DNA from: Macrostomum hystrix
Taxonomy: Eukaryota; Animalia; Platyhelminthes
Length of the DNA stretch: 64,000 nt
Reading direction: 5' to 3'
NCBI GenBank assembly: GCA_950097015.1
Contig: CATNEN010000038.1
Location: 34,100,001 to 34,164,000 of the forward strand
The position numbers and the translations under genes were made by a program. The notes beneath the pieces are model-generated. The model was not told the origin of the DNA, ran no database searches, and saw nothing but the letters and a program-made list of their open reading frames with translations. This document shows positions 35,203 to 47,300 of the stretch, piece after piece. Numbering within the stretch: position 1 is the stretch's first letter; each line of letters opens with the position of its first letter.

Positions 35203-35920
35203 GTGTGGGAGAATGAGGATGGGAATATGGGTGGGAGGATGAGGATGGGAATATGGGTAGGAGAATGAGGATGGGAATATGGGTGGGAGAATGAAGATGG
35301 GAATATGGGTGGGAGGATGAGGATGGGAATATGGGTGGGAGGATGAGGATGGGAATATGGGTGGGAGAATGAGGATGGGAATATGGGTAGGAGGATGAGG
35401 ATGGGAATATGGGTGGGAGGATGAGGATGGGAATATGGGTGGGAGAATGAGGATGGGACTATGGGTGGGAGGATGAGGATGGGAATATGGGTGGGAGAAT
35501 GAGGATGGGACTATGGGTGGGAGAATGAGGATGGGAATATGGGTGGGAGAATGAGGATGGGAATATGGGTGGGAGGATGAGGATGGGAATATGGGTGGGA
35601 GAATGAGGATGGGACTATGGGTGGGAGGATGAGGATGGGAATATGGGTGGGAGAATGAGGATGGGACTATGGGTGGGAGGATGAGGATGGGAATATGGGT
35701 GGGAGGATGAGGATGGGAATATGGGTGGGAGGTTGAGGATGGGAATATGGGTGGGAGAATGAGGATGGGAATATGGGTGGGAGAATGAGGATGGGACTAT
35801 GGGTGGGAGGATGAGGATGGGAATATGGGTGGGAGGATGAGGATGGGAATATGGGTGGGAGGTTGAGGATGGGAATATGGGTGGGAGAATGAGGATGGGA
35901 ATATGTGTGGGAGGTGGGAT
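35203..35920 (+). repeat. 26-bp G-rich minisatellite (GGGTGGGAG[A/G]ATGAGGATGGGAATAT)n
   Basis: About 27 units with three GGG runs per unit. Confidence 0.96.
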
Positions 35921-36140
35921 ACTGTGGGTTGACTGGGGCAGCCATTTATTTAGTGTGGGCTCATTTTTTATGATGATTTTAGTGCGGTGATCACAAACAC
36001 TTTCTAGCCCCGACATGCAAATTGTGATTTCCATACTAATTGGAGTTTCTGACGAATCAGTTGTGATTTGTTAATCCTATTAAACTGCGACCATAAAAGT
36101 TGAAATCTACTCCTAAAACTGCCTTGAATACAGAACAGCT

Positions 36141-37340
36141 ATGACTGTCAAGAATGAGGCAGTACTGCCGAGACCGTCAGTTGCTATTCGGCTAATTCAA
36201 CAACTACTGCTGCTATCGGCTTTGCTTCTGGCGGTCCCACTGCCCCAGAACTGCGCCGCCCAGATACGATACGTCGACGAATTCTGCGGCCGGAATCCGT
36301 TCTGGACGCTGAAGGAGCACGCTGAGCGGGTGGTCGGCCGGACCCTGACAAGCGGTGAGACCAGCATCAGTATCAGCACCCGCAGCTTCAGGACCCTACC
36401 ACCTCAGCATCTGCAGTACCTTCAGGACAACAATTTCAGCACAATCCATGCTTTACGCTTGATCTTCAAAATACGCAGTCAAATCTTCAGGATCTCAGCC
36501 TTACCTTCAGGATCCCCATTCTACCTTCAGGATCCCCATTCTACCTTCAGGATCTCCTTTCTACCTTCAGGATCCCCTTTCTACCTTCAGGATCCCCTTT
36601 CTACCTTCAGGATCCCCTTTCTTCCTTCAGGATCCCCATTCTACCTTCAGGATCCCCTTTCTACCTTCAGGATCCCCATTCTACCTTCAGGATCCCCTTT
36701 CTACCTTCAGGATCCAAGATTTACCTTCAAGATCCCCTTTCTACCTTCAGGATCCCCTTTCTACCTTCAGGATCCCCATTTCTGCCTTCAGGATCCCAGA
36801 TTTACCTTCAGTATCCCAGATTTACCTTCAGTATCCCAGATTTACCTTCAGGATCCCATATTTACCTTCAGGATCCCCTATTTACCTTCAGGATCCCCTA
36901 TTTACCTTCAGGATCCCATATTTACCTTCAGGATCCCATATTTACCTTCAGGATCCCCTATTTACCTTCAGGATCCCATATTTACCTTCAGGATCCCCTA
37001 TTTACCTTCAGTATCCCAGATTTACCTTCAGGATCCCCTATTTACCTTCAGTATCCCAGATTTACCTTCAGTATCCCAGATTTACCTTCAGCATCCCCTA
37101 TTTACCTTCAGTATCCCAGATTTACCTTCAGTATCCCAGATTTACCTTCAGCATCCCCTATTTACCTTCAGGATCCCATATTTACCTTCAGGATCCCAAA
37201 TTCTTTCATTGCCGCCCGCAGCTGAATTCAATCTAGTGTTCAACCGAGCGCTTCAGCACAAGGAGAAGGGAAATCGGCTTCGCGACACGGTTGTCAAATA
37301 TCAGGACTGCTTATTGGCCCTCGAGAATGGACACTTCTGA
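36141..37340 (+). CDS. Small secreted protein of unknown family, 2 exons, ~110 aa
   Basis: Exons 36141-36354 and 37222-37340 (phase 1, G|GTGAGA ... CGCAG|CT). Signal peptide LLLLSALLLAVPLPQNCAA, then mature QIRYVDEFCGRNPFWTLKEH...VVKYQDCLLALENGHF with two Cys. Confidence 0.7.
   Translation: MTVKNEAVLPRPSVAIRLIQQLLLLSALLLAVPLPQNCAAQIRYVDEFCGRNPFWTLKEHAERVVGRTLTSGETSISISTRSFRTLPPQHLQYLQDNNFSTIHALRLIFKIRSQIFRISALPSGSPFYLQDPHSTFRISFLPSGSPFYLQDPLSTFRIPFLPSGSPFYLQDPLSTFRIPILPSGSPFYLQDPRFTFKIPFLPSGSPFYLQDPHFCLQDPRFTFSIPDLPSVSQIYLQDPIFTFRIPYLPSGSPIYLQDPIFTFRIPYLPSGSPIYLQDPIFTFRIPYLPSVSQIYLQDPLFTFSIPDLPSVSQIYLQHPLFTFSIPDLPSVSQIYLQHPLFTFRIPYLPSGSQILSLPPAAEFNLVFNRALQHKEKGNRLRDTVVKYQDCLLALENGHF
36485..37200 (+). 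repeat. 20-bp minisatellite (CTACCTTCAGGATCCCC[A/T]TT)n
   Basis: Tandem array inside the intron of the small secreted-protein gene. Confidence 0.95.
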
Positions 37341-37574
37341 TTGGAGAGACAGAAAACACTCGTGGAAAAATTAGGCATTGCTGTTAAAGCACCAACAATA
37401 TCTGCTAAGCGGACTGCGCTACCGAATACAAAAGTCTTCTGATGTAGTCGTTATTTGGTTACGGTTTCACTGCATTCTATTTTATTTTGCTTTCTAAACA
37501 TCATTTGTGAGTGGGTTAATCATGCAGATTCTGGATTTCTATAGAATAAGAATTTTGGGTAGATGTGAGAATAC

Positions 37575-40500
37575 TGCTTATTACTGAATTCTGGTTGATT
37601 TTAACTGATTTATGGTGGATTATTACTGATTTCTGGTAGATTATTACTGAATTCTGGTTGATTATTACTGAATTCTGGTTGATTATTACTGAATTCTGGT
37701 TGATTATAACTGATTTATGGTGGATTATTACTGATTTATGGTGGATTATTACTGATTTATGGTGGATTATTACTGATTTATGGTGGATTATTACTGATTT
37801 ATGGTGGATTATTACTGATTTATGGTAGATTATTACTTATTTATGGTAGATTATTACTGATCTATGGTAGATTATTACTGATCTATGGTAGATTATTACT
37901 GATTTATGGTGGATTATTACTGATTTATGGTGGATTATTACTGATTTATGGTGGATTATTACTGATTTATGGTGGATTATTACTGATTTATGGTGGATTA
38001 TTACTGATTTATGGTGGATTATTACTGATTTATGGTGGATTATTACTGATTTATGGTGGATTATTACTGATTTATGGTGGATTATTACTGATTTATGGTG
38101 GATTATTACTGATTTATGGTGGATTATTACTGATTTATGGTGGATTATTACTGATTTATGGTGGATTATTACTGATTTATGGTGGATTATTACTGATTTA
38201 TGGTGGATTATTACTGATTTATGGTGGATTATTACTGATTTATGGTGGATTATTACTGATTTATGGTGGATTATTACTGATTTATGGTAGATTATTACTG
38301 ATTTATGGTGGATTATTACTGATTTATGGTAGATTATTACTGATTTATGGTAGATTATTACTGATTTATGGTGGATTATTAATTTATGGTGAATTATTAC
38401 TGATTTATGGTGGATTATTACTGATTTATGGTGGATTATTACTGATTTATGGTGGATTATTACTGATTTATGGTGGATTATTACTGATTTATGGTAGATT
38501 ATTACTGATTTATGGTGGATTATTACTGATTTATGGTGGATTATTACGGATTTATGGTGGATTATTACTGATTTATGGTGGATTATTACTGATTTATGGT
38601 AGATTATTACTGATTTATGGTGGATTATTACTGATTTATGGTGGATTATTACTGATTTATGGTGGATTATTACTGATTTATGGTGGATTATTACTGATTT
38701 ATGGTGGATTATTACTGATTTATGGTGGATTATTACTGATTTATGGTAGATTATTACTGATTTATGGTAGATTATTACTGATTTATGGTGGATTATTACT
38801 GATTTATGGTGGATTATTACTGATTTATGGTGGATTATTACTGATTTATGGTAGATTATTACTGATTTATGGTGAATTATTACTGATTTATGGTGGATTA
38901 TTACTGATTTATGGTGGATTATTACTGATTTATGGTGGATTATTACTGATTTATGGTGGATTATTACTGATTTATGGTGGATTATTACTGATTTATGGTA
39001 GATTATTACTTATTTATGGTAGATTATTACTGATCTATGGTGGATTATTACTGATTTATGGTGAATTATTACTGATTTATGGTGGATTATTACTGATTTA
39101 TGGTAGATTATTACTGATTTATGGTGGATTATTACTGATTTATGGTGGATTACTAATTTATGGTGAATTATTACTGATTTATGGTGGATTATTACTGATT
39201 TATGGTGGATTATTACTGATTTATGGTGGATTATTACTGATTTATGGTAGATTATTACTGATTTATGGTGGATTATTACTGATTTATGGTGGATTATTAC
39301 TGATTTATGGTGGATTATTACTGATTTATGGTGGATTATTACTGATTTATGGTGGATTATTACTGATTTATGGTGGATTATTACTGATTTATGGTGGATT
39401 ATTACTGATTTATGGTGGATTATTACTGATTTATGGTGGATTATTACTGATTTATGGTGGATTATTACTGATTTATGGTGGATTATTACTGATTTATGGT
39501 GAATTATTACTGATTTATGGTGGATTATTACTGATTTATGGTGGATTATTACTGATTTATGGTGGATTATTACTGATTTATGGTGGATTATTACTGATTT
39601 ATGGTAGATTATTACTGATTTATGGTGGATTATTACTGATTTATGGTGGATTATTACTGATTTATGGTGGATTATTACTGATTTATGGTGGATTATTACT
39701 GATTTATGGTGGATTATTACTGATTTATGGTGGATTATTACTGATTTATGGTGGATTATTACTGATTTATGGTGGATTATTACTGATTTATGGTGGATTA
39801 TTACTGATTTATGGTGGATTATTACTGATTTATGGTGGATTATTACTGATTTATGGTGGATTATTACTGATTTATGGTGGATTATTACTGATTTATGGTA
39901 GATTATTACTTATTTATGGTAGATTATTACTGATCTATGGTAGATTATTACTGATCTATGGTAGATTATTACTGATTTATGGTGGATTATTACTGATTTA
40001 TGGTGGATTATTACTGATTTATGGTGGATTATTACTGATTTATGGTGGATTATTACTGATTTATGGTGGATTATTACTGATTTATGGTGGATTATTACTG
40101 ATTTATGGTGGATTATTACTGATTTATGGTGGATTATTACTGATTTATGGTAGATTATTACTGATTTATGGTGGATTATTACTGATTTATGGTAGATTAT
40201 TACTGATTTATGGTAGATTATTACTGATTTATGGTGGATTATTAATTTATGGTGAATTATTACTGATTTATGGTGGATTATTACTGATTTATGGTGGATT
40301 ATTACTGATTTATGGTGGATTATTACTGATTTATGGTGGATTATTACTGATTTATGGTAGATTATTACTGATTTATGGTGGATTATTACTGATTTATGGT
40401 GGATTATTACGGATTTATGGTGGATTATTACTGATTTATGGTGGATTATTACTGATTTATGGTAGATTATTACTGATTTATGGTGGATTATTACTGATTT

Positions 40501-42773
40501 ATGGTGGATTATTACTGATTTATGGTGGATTATTACTGATTTATGGTGGATTATTACTGATTTATGGTGGATTATTACTGATTTATGGTGGATTATTACT
40601 GATTTATGGTAGATTATTACTGATTTATGGTAGATTATTACTGATTTATGGTGGATTATTACTGATTTATGGTGGATTATTACTGATTTATGGTGGATTA
40701 TTACTGATTTATGGTAGATTATTACTGATTTATGGTGAATTATTACTGATTTATGGTGGATTATTACTGATTTATGGTGGATTATTACTGATTTATGGTG
40801 GATTATTACTGATTTATGGTGGATTATTACTGATTTATGGTGGATTATTACTGATTTATGGTAGATTATTACTTATTTATGGTAGATTATTACTGATCTA
40901 TGGTGGATTATTACTGATTTATGGTGAATTATTACTGATTTATGGTGGATTATTACTGATTTATGGTAGATTATTACTGATTTATGGTGGATTATTACTG
41001 ATTTATGGTGGATTACTAATTTATGGTGAATTATTACTGATTTATGGTGGATTATTACTGATTTATGGTGGATTATTACTGATTTATGGTGGATTATTAC
41101 TGATTTATGGTAGATTATTACTGATTTATGGTGGATTATTACTGATTTATGGTGGATTATTACTGATTTATGGTGGATTATTACTGATTTATGGTGGATT
41201 ATTACTGATTTATGGTGGATTATTACTGATTTATGGTGGATTATTACTGATTTATGGTGGATTATTACTGATTTATGGTGGATTATTACTGATTTATGGT
41301 GGATTATTACTGATTTATGGTGGATTATTACTGATTTATGGTGGATTATTACTGATTTATGGTGAATTATTACTGATTTATGGTGGATTATTACTGATTT
41401 ATGGTGGATTATTACTGATTTATGGTGGATTATTACTGATTTATGGTGGATTATTACTGATTTATGGTAGATTATTACTGATTTATGGTGGATTATTACT
41501 GATTTATGGTGGATTATTACTGATTTATGGTGGATTATTACTGATTTATGGTGGATTATTACTGATTTATGGTGGATTATTACTGATTTATGGTGGATTA
41601 TTACTGATTTATGGTGGATTATTACTGATTTATGGTGGATTATTACTGATTTATGGTGGATTATTACTGATTTATGGTGGATTATTACTGATTTATGGTG
41701 GATTATTACTGATTTATGGTGGATTATTACTGATTTATGGTGGATTATTACTGATTTATGGTAGATTATTACTTATTTATGGTAGATTATTACTGATCTA
41801 TGGTAGATTATTACTGATCTATGGTAGATTATTACTGATTTATGGTGGATTATTACTGATTTATGGTGGATTATTACTGATTTATGGTGGATTATTACTG
41901 ATTTATGGTGGATTATTACTGATTTATGGTGGATTATTACTGATTTATGGTGGATTATTACTGATTTATGGTGGATTATTACTGATTTATGGTGGATTAT
42001 TACTGATTTATGGTGGATTATTACTGATTTATGGTGGATTATTACTGATTTATGGTGGATTATTACTGATTTATGGTGGATTATTACTGATTTATGGTGG
42101 ATTATTACTGATTTATGGTGGATTATTACTGATTTATGGTGGATTATTACTGATTTATGGTGGATTATTACTGATTTATGGTAGATTATTACTGATTTAT
42201 GGTGGATTATTACTGATTTATGGTGGATTATTACTGATTTATGGTGGATTATTACTGATTTATGGTGGATTATTACTGATTTATGGTGGATTATTACTGA
42301 TTTATGGTGGATTATTACTGATTTATGGTGGATTATTACTGATTTATGGTGGATTATTACTGATTTATGGTGGATTATTACTGATTTATGGTGAATTATT
42401 ACTGATTTATGGTGGATTATTACTGATTTATGGTGGATTATTACTGATTTATGGTGGATTATTACTGATTTATGGTGGATTATTACTGATTTATGGTAGA
42501 TTATTACTGATTTATGGTGGATTATTACTGATTTATGGTGGATTATTACTGATTTATGGTGGATTATTACTGATTTATGGTGGATTATTACTGATTTATG
42601 GTGGATTATTACTGATTTATGGTGGATTATTACTGATTTATGGTGGATTATTACTGATTTATGGTGGATTATTACTGATTTATGGTGGATTATTACTGAT
42701 TTATGGTAGATTATTACTGATTTATGGTAGATTATTACTGATTTATGGTGGATTATTACTGATTTATGGTAGA
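37575..42773 (+). repeat. 21-bp satellite (GATTATTACTGATTTATGGTG)n, ~5.2 kb
   Basis: About 245 units. Rare variants recur at a 1863-bp period. Confidence 0.98.
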
Positions 42774-43376
42774 TGTTTTGTAAATTATCGATTGCTGGTC
42801 TATTTGGGATTACTGGTTTTTGAAAACTATGCGATTTTTCACTTTCTGTGATTAATGTGTTTGTTTTTTCATGAATACTTTTTAATGAATGATGAATTCA
42901 TTCAGACACTATGACTGCCACGTTCCGGTTTTGGGATAAATTTCGTGAAAAGCAACAAGAAGGAATCCTGCTTGGCTCCTTCGCTCGAAAATTAAATTAT
43001 TGTTAAAAGCTAAAAACCTGAAGCGACAATAAGCCAGCATTCTGTTGCATCTCAGATTCAGCAGCGTATATTGATATTTTTAGGCAAGCCACATTGTTAA
43101 ATTTAAGACCGACTAAAATTAAAGTGCAATTTCTATTCAACTCGCTTTGTTTCGCAACCTAAAATCAAATGCTTCAGGCAGTAGTGGAGCGGATAATTGT
43201 GTTTTTTTGCATCAGAGCATGACCCGAAGCTAGCATTCGTGACCTTTTTAAACTGGGTCTTTATTCAAATGCTTAGAGCATGTAAGTATCTTTGAATTAG
43301 GGCAGGAGAAAAATAAAATTAAAAGGTGGGTTTGAATCCTCTTTGTGTACTGATTAGGGGATACATTTCAGTTTGC

Positions 43377-43550
43377 GGGGGTGAGTGGCAGAGCGGTCTA
43401 ACGCGTTTGCCTCTCGCACCAAGGTCCCTGAGCTCGATTCTGCGGCGAGGCCACATTCATTTGGGGCGCAGCCACGAAGAGAAGGCTTGGGGGCTTGTCG
43501 TGCAATTTACGCCCTTGAGGGCCAACCTCCAAGGCACAGTAAGAGTGCCT
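43377..43550 (+). mobile_element. tRNA-derived SINE-like element
   Basis: A box TGGCAGAGCGG and B-box-like GAGCTCGATTC with tRNA-like spacing. No complete acceptor stem. Confidence 0.55.
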
Positions 43551-43557
43551 TGTGCCT

Positions 43558-43930
43558 TGTGTCAGTGATGTGTGTCAGAGCTGTGTGTCAGAGCTGTGTG
43601 TCAGAGCTATGTGTCAGAGATGTGTGTCAGAGCTGTGTGTCAGAGCTGTGTGTCAGAGCTATGTGTCAGAGATGTGTGTCAGAGCTGTGTGTCAGAGCTG
43701 TGTGTCAGAGCTGTGTGTCAGAGCTGTGTGTCAGAGCTGTGTGTCACAGCTGTGTGTCAGAGCTGTGTGTCAGAGCTGTGTGTCAGAGCTGTGTGTCAGA
43801 GCTGTGTGTCATAGCTATGTGTCAGAGCTGTGTGTCAGAGCTATGTGTCAGAGCTGTGTGTCAGAGCTGTGTGTCAGAGCTGTGTGTCAGAGCGGTGTGT
43901 CATAGCTATGTGTCAGAGTTGTGTTTCAGA
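43558..43930 (+). repeat. 13-bp minisatellite (TGTGTCAGAGCTG)n
   Basis: Tandem array directly after the SINE-like element. Confidence 0.95.
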
Positions 43931-44351
43931 TGAGAAAGTCAGGGCAGATGGACACACCTGTGTGAGCATGTGCCTGCGTACAGTATCTGTGTGCGTGTGT
44001 GCTCAGGAGTCAGCAAAATGGGCAGAATTGCCTCCTCGCTGGCTGCGGGTCACTAAATGATGTGCCACTGCCCACTGCCCTCCAGCAATTATTATTATAT
44101 TTTAGGGGATGAAAATTTGTCTACTTAAGGGGATAATTTGTCTTATTTAAGTAATAACTTGACCACTTGAAGGGAAAAATTTTGGACAAAAAAATATAAT
44201 TTACTTAATGGGAAAATTTGTCACCTTAAAGGGATTTTAACTTTTCAACCTATTAGGATAAAATTTTCAACTTAGATGGTCCCTAAAAGGGGCAATCTGT
44301 ATCAAAATAGTTGATTGACAAATACTTAAGTCTCGACTGGTCAAAAATATT

Positions 44352-47300
44352 TCACTTGTGAGCCAACTTTGAGCCCGTCAGCGCCACGGACTCATCAACA
44401 GGCCTGACAGTGCCGCATCTGGCAGTTCTAAGAAAGTCAAGCAGCAGATAAAGAAACTCGACCAGTTCGACTAGAAATGCCATAGTGAGGCCGAGATACA
44501 GTGAGCACAGGCCGCCGATGCGACTCATCAGGGCTTCGAAGGTCACGGTGAGTTTCTCCCGCTTTTGCACACTGTCAAAGCTGCGCCTGCGAACAATGAT
44601 GTAAGCGAACTGGTTGTAACCGGTTGGCACCAGGGACTTCCGGCCCTGCGGAATCTGGCGAAGGTTGGTACTGTTCAGGTAGGCCATAATCTTTGATTCC
44701 ATCCTCGCTGCGGTGGCCTGGTCCTTGTGCGCTCTGCAGATGGGATTTTTGGAAATCTGTGTCACAACTCTGTGTCAGGGCTGTGTCAGAGCTGCGTGTC
44801 AGAGCTATGTGTCAGAGCTGTGTGTCAGTCAGAGCTGTGTGTCAGTCAGAGCTGTGTGTCAGTCAGAGCTGCGTGTCAGTCAGAGCTGTGTGTCAGTCAG
44901 AGCTGTGTGTCAGTCAGAGCTGTGTGTCAGTCAGAGCTGCGTGTCAGTCAGAGCTGCGTGTCAGAGCTATGTGTCTCAACTGTGTCAGAGCAGTGGCTGT
45001 GTCAGAGCTGTGTGTCAGAGCTGTTTGTCAGAGCTGTGTGTCAGAGCTGTGTGTCAGAGCTATGTGTCAGAGCTGTGTGTCAGCTGTGTGTCACAACTGT
45101 GTCAGAGCTGTGTCAGAGCAGTGGCTGTGCCAGACAATGGCTGTCAGTGCAGTATCCGCACCTGGCTCGCAGCAGCTGAGTCCAGCTCTCAGACTGCTCA
45201 ATCATCCAGTGCAGCTGAAAGTTCGTTGCCCGCCAGCGCGTCACGGACGACTGCTGAGTGTAGCTGAAGCGCTGGCAGCGTTTGCGGCAGCGTACACCGT
45301 CGGCAGCCTGACGGACGGCCCTGACGTCGACGCCGCTGAGACAGTTGAGACGACTGGAACAGTCGTTCGTGTAGAGTGTAGTGTAGATAATAAAAGTACA
45401 TTTCGTTCTAGAACTCTCTCGCGGATTCAGTCCTTACCGGAAGAAGCTCTCTGTATTGTTGGGATCAATGTGTCCGCAGTAGGGGATCTGGGCTGTGGGC
45501 CTGGCCACCGGCCTCGGTAGGCGAGCCAGGACGCAGCCGCACCGGTTGATCACGTGACGATTAAGCTCCTGGTCGATGCAGGCCCTGTACGAGTAGGAAT
45601 AGTTGCGGCCCAGGTCGTAGATGAATGGCTCGTTGCCCTGGTGGCAACGGTCGTTAGGCAAATTGGTCGCCTCGCTCCATTGGACAGTGTCGAAAGCGAT
45701 TTCAACCATTTTACCTGTGGGATTCAGTCACGACGTCCTGAGTTTAAATCAAAATTTCTAATTTATTAAAAACTATTTTTTAACTTATTTTTTTTAACCA
45801 ATATGGATTAGCCATAGAGGTTTACACAGAGCAATGTTGCTTGTCCTTGTCAACAGGGTCCTCGACAAGAATCGCTGAATGTCTAGACGATGCTGACTCG
45901 GAAGGCTTTGAAAGTGAGTTCATTGTATGTTAAGGGCGGAAAAATTTGATCCATATGGTGGAAAAATAGCGGACATGCCAAGATTCGAACTTCGGACCTC
46001 CTGGTCAGGAATATTTTTGTTTAAAAGCTCCGCCTAGATTCGAACCCGAGATCTTCCCGCCAAACCCGGCTCACCAGGCTCAATGTGTACTCCGCCCTTC
46101 TCAACATTAGGCAGCACCCCGTCCTCGTGAAGCAGCAGCCTGAGGCCGAACGCCTGGTCGAAGATGTCCATGACGAATGCCTGGTCCCAGCTGCGCAAAT
46201 CTGGCGGCACTCCGAGGTCAACGATGAGGTAGACATCGGACACTCGCCGGCTGTAATAGTCCAGACTCGGCCGCACTGTGTAGCAGTTGAAATAGCGCGG
46301 ATTGGAAACTAAATCGAACTCCAGACCACACTGCTGGTCCCTGCCAACTAGGCTGTAGCTGCCTCGCACCGTCATGCAGTGAAGCAGGAATTCATTCATT
46401 GAGCGACCCATTGCGATCGCCTGATCTGGCTCCAGGTTCTGATAATAGACGCGCACCTTGTCATAGAAGGTTAGCTTCTGGGCTAGTTCTAGGCGGCCAG
46501 ACTGAAGAAGGCCTCTAGTCAGGTTGCGCAGCATTGTGTTGAATCGCTGTGGCGACAGGCCTAAAGAATTTTAAGGGCTCACTTGCACGTCGAGGTGGTC
46601 GATGGCAAATCACGCGTTAAATCAAGCATCACCTGATAATGGAGTGCCACCTGATAAGGGAGGTGTCACCTGATAATGGAGGTGTCACCTGATAATGGAG
46701 GTGTCACCTGATAATGGTGGTGTCACTTGATAATGGAGGTGTCACCTGATAATTGAGGTATCACCTGATAATTAAGGTGTCACCAGATAAATGAGGTATC
46801 ACCTTATAATGAAGGTGTCACTTAATAATGGAGGTGTCTCCTGATAATTGTGGTGTCACCTGATAATGGAGGTGTCACCTGATAATGGTGGTGTCACTTG
46901 ATAATGGAGGTGTCACCTGATAATTGAGGTATCACCTGATAATTAAGGTGTCACCAGATAAATGAGGTATCACCTTATAATGAAGGTGTCACTTAATAAT
47001 GGAGGTGTCTCCTGATAATTGTGGTGTCACCTGATAATGGAATGCCACCTGATAAGGGAGGTGTCACTTAATAATTGAGGTGTCACCTGATAATGGTGGT
47101 GTCACCTGATAATAGAGGTGTCACCTGATAGTTGAGGTATCACCTGATAATTGAGGTGTCACCTGATAAGGGAGGTATCACCTTATAATGAAGGTGTCAC
47201 TTAATAATGGAGGTGTCTCCTGATAATGGTGGTGTCACCTGAAATTGGAATGCCACCTGATAAGGGAGGTGGCACTTAATAATTGAGGTGTCACCTGATA

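Noticed and set aside
43377-43450. tRNA gene (also 18555-18617, 34425-34492 and B-box fragments at 45970-46060)
   Set aside because: A/B boxes are present, but no complete cloverleaf or acceptor stem can be built. Treated as SINE heads or fragments.
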